A stretch of DNA of 18,726 nucleotides, from NCBI GenBank assembly GCA_020353515.1, contig CP070695.1:3073528-3092253 (forward strand), read 5' to 3'. Positions 16,810-18,726 of the stretch are shown piece by piece (position 1 is the stretch's first letter; every line of letters starts with the position of its first letter). The notes beneath the pieces are model-generated. The model did not search any database. It saw nothing but the letters and a program-made list of their open reading frames with translations, and was not told the origin of the DNA. Position numbers and translations under genes: made by a program. Source of the stretch: Candidatus Heimdallarchaeota archaeon. Lineage in GTDB: Archaea; Asgardarchaeota; Heimdallarchaeia; Hodarchaeales; Hodarchaeaceae.

Positions 16810-18726
16810 ATGCTGAACAAATCAAAAATCCAACAACTGATCGATCGAAATGAATTCAATGAAGTATTAGTGATCATTGATAACTTAATGAACACTAGTG
16901 ATATTGATTTGGAAGATCAGCTCGTATGTTGGTTCCTCAAGAGTCAAGTGCTAGTTAAAACGGGGAAAACTGAGAAAGGTCTTGAATTGGCAGATAAAGC
17001 ATTAACTACTGTTCGAAATCAGGCGTTGGGAAACCAGTTATTATTGGTTGATGCTATCATAACGAAATTAGAGGCCTTAAGAAGGGTTAGTCAGATATTT
17101 TCTACATATTCGATAGAGAAGCTGTCTGGGCATCTTCAACTACTAAAGGAGGGAGAACGAATTCTCGAGAACATTTTACATATAGAACCACTGGAAAGAA
17201 CAGAACGGATAGTCATTTTACTAAGAATTAAAGGTATTATTTACAGATCATTGAGCGATTTTGGCCGTGCTGAGAAATGCTTTCTGGAAAGCATAGTGCT
17301 GCATAAAAAGATGGGAAATAAAAGGGATGTAATTGAATTATTGACTGATTTGGCTATTATTTATCAAATAAAAGCTGAATATGATCGGCAATTAGAAATA
17401 TTTCAGGATTGTCTGAACCTCTGCGAAGAGCTTGAAGATAGGGAGGGTATAGCTGAAAGCTTCCTGAAGCTTGCTAATGTTTATCAAAGTAAAGGAGACC
17501 CTGAAAATGCTTCCATATACGTCCAACGGAGTCTACAATTAGCTAAGGAGCTCCCTGGGACTTATCGAATTTCGAGATTATTATTTAACATTGGATTTTT
17601 TTATGTTAATGCAAAATATGAACCCCCCTCCGCCCTTGATGCGTATCATAGGAGTTTATCCATTGATGAAAAACTGGATAATAAAGATGGAATCCAACTA
17701 TGCCTCCACTTATTAGGAGATGTCTATCAATATTCAAAAGGAGACCTAAATAGAGCCTTAGAGTATTATGAAAGAAGCATGGCAATGTTTACAGTTGGTC
17801 GTAAAATAGTGCATGGATGGAACTTACTTGATGTTGGTAACCTTTATCACCTTAAAGGAGACTTGGATTTAGCACTTATCCACTTTCAAAAAGCTCTTCC
17901 TCTATTAGAGGAAATAGGTGATGATTTTTATTTTTGTCAAACGTTTCTTCATATTGGTCGTGTTTATCGCTCGAAAGGGGACAATCATGCCGCTTTAGAC
18001 TATTATAAGAGATGTTTGAAATTTATAGGAGAAAGAAAATTACGATTTGGTCAAGAAACTGAAGGATTAGCGTATCACGAGCTAATCGCAGTAATGCTCG
18101 ACAATAAGGACATTAGGGAAGCGAAGAAATATTTTGAATTGTTTAAACAGTATTATGAAAGGCAAGAACAAAGCAAGCGCTTCCTTAACCAGTGGTATAA
18201 ACTATCAGAAGCCTTGATACTGAAAACAAGCCCAAGGATCAAGGAAAAAGCCCGAGCTCAACAACTCTTTCAAGAAGTAGTTGACGATCCATTTGTGAAA
18301 CTCGACTTACTCCATTATTTAGCTGACTCGAATAAAACTGCTATGTTAAATCTGTGTGAACTCCTCCTTTTTGAGCTAAAATCATCCCCAGATGAAATAA
18401 CGGAAAAAAATGAAATTTTCTTGGAGGTCAAGCAGTTGTTAACCAATCTTGCTTCATTAGCCCGGGAGCAATATTCTTTTCCCTTGCTTATTGATGTAAC
18501 AATCCTCCAAGCAAAATTAGCGTTGATTGAGGGAGATCTTCTACTGGCGAGGCAGCTACTAGCTCAAGCAAAGATCACAGCGGAAGAAAATGAACTTCAA
18601 TTACTACACAAAAGAGTAACTGGAGAAGAGAACTACTTAATGACCCAGTTAAGTGTATGGGAGAATCTAATTAAGAAAAATGCGCCACTGCTTGAACGGC
18701 TCGCGTATGCTCAAATAGAGGATTAT
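16810..18726 (+). CDS. Tetratricopeptide-repeat protein, third paralog, incomplete at the window end (at least 639 aa)
   Basis: ATG 16810 MLNKSKIQQLIDRNEF; TPR repeats; the same frame reaches the window edge, ending AMLNLCELLLFELK...WENLIKKNAPLLERLAYAQIEDY like the paralogs. Confidence 0.92.
   Translation, partial: MLNKSKIQQLIDRNEFNEVLVIIDNLMNTSDIDLEDQLVCWFLKSQVLVKTGKTEKGLELADKALTTVRNQALGNQLLLVDAIITKLEALRRVSQIFSTYSIEKLSGHLQLLKEGERILENILHIEPLERTERIVILLRIKGIIYRSLSDFGRAEKCFLESIVLHKKMGNKRDVIELLTDLAIIYQIKAEYDRQLEIFQDCLNLCEELEDREGIAESFLKLANVYQSKGDPENASIYVQRSLQLAKELPGTYRISRLLFNIGFFYVNAKYEPPSALDAYHRSLSIDEKLDNKDGIQLCLHLLGDVYQYSKGDLNRALEYYERSMAMFTVGRKIVHGWNLLDVGNLYHLKGDLDLALIHFQKALPLLEEIGDDFYFCQTFLHIGRVYRSKGDNHAALDYYKRCLKFIGERKLRFGQETEGLAYHELIAVMLDNKDIREAKKYFELFKQYYERQEQSKRFLNQWYKLSEALILKTSPRIKEKARAQQLFQEVVDDPFVKLDLLHYLADSNKTAMLNLCELLLFELKSSPDEITEKNEIFLEVKQLLTNLASLAREQYSFPLLIDVTILQAKLALIEGDLLLARQLLAQAKITAEENELQLLHKRVTGEENYLMTQLSVWENLIKKNAPLLERLAYAQIEDY

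Noticed and set aside
17023-17033. GCGTTGGGAAA, resembling the right arm of the site
   Set aside because: Lies inside an intact TPR coding frame and lacks the TGT-N6 half; likely chance.

Overview
AT-rich, archaeal-looking accessory region; an Asgard/Heimdallarchaeia-like origin is my inference from gene families, TTG starts and GGTGA/GAGGT-type RBS. Intact genes: two VapBC-type toxin-antitoxin pairs, an orphan ORF, a PadR plus HAAS-RDD pair, a small membrane protein, an ABC ATPase/permease pair, three paralogous large TPR proteins (the last runs off the window and is absent from the ORF track) and a surface-anchored clostripain-family protease. Gene remnants: a tyrosine-recombinase fragment, 5'-truncated copA and isochorismatase genes, and three diverged copies of the 3' end of one membrane-protein gene. 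The main signal is non-coding. A same-orientation motif, (N)AATGT-N6-ACGTTGGNTAT, with 11-6-11 tyrosine-recombinase-site geometry recurs at least six times. Three different repeated DNA blocks change neighbours at this motif, as expected of a cassette array shuffled by site-specific recombination. It does not match canonical integron attC. The mechanism is a hypothesis.
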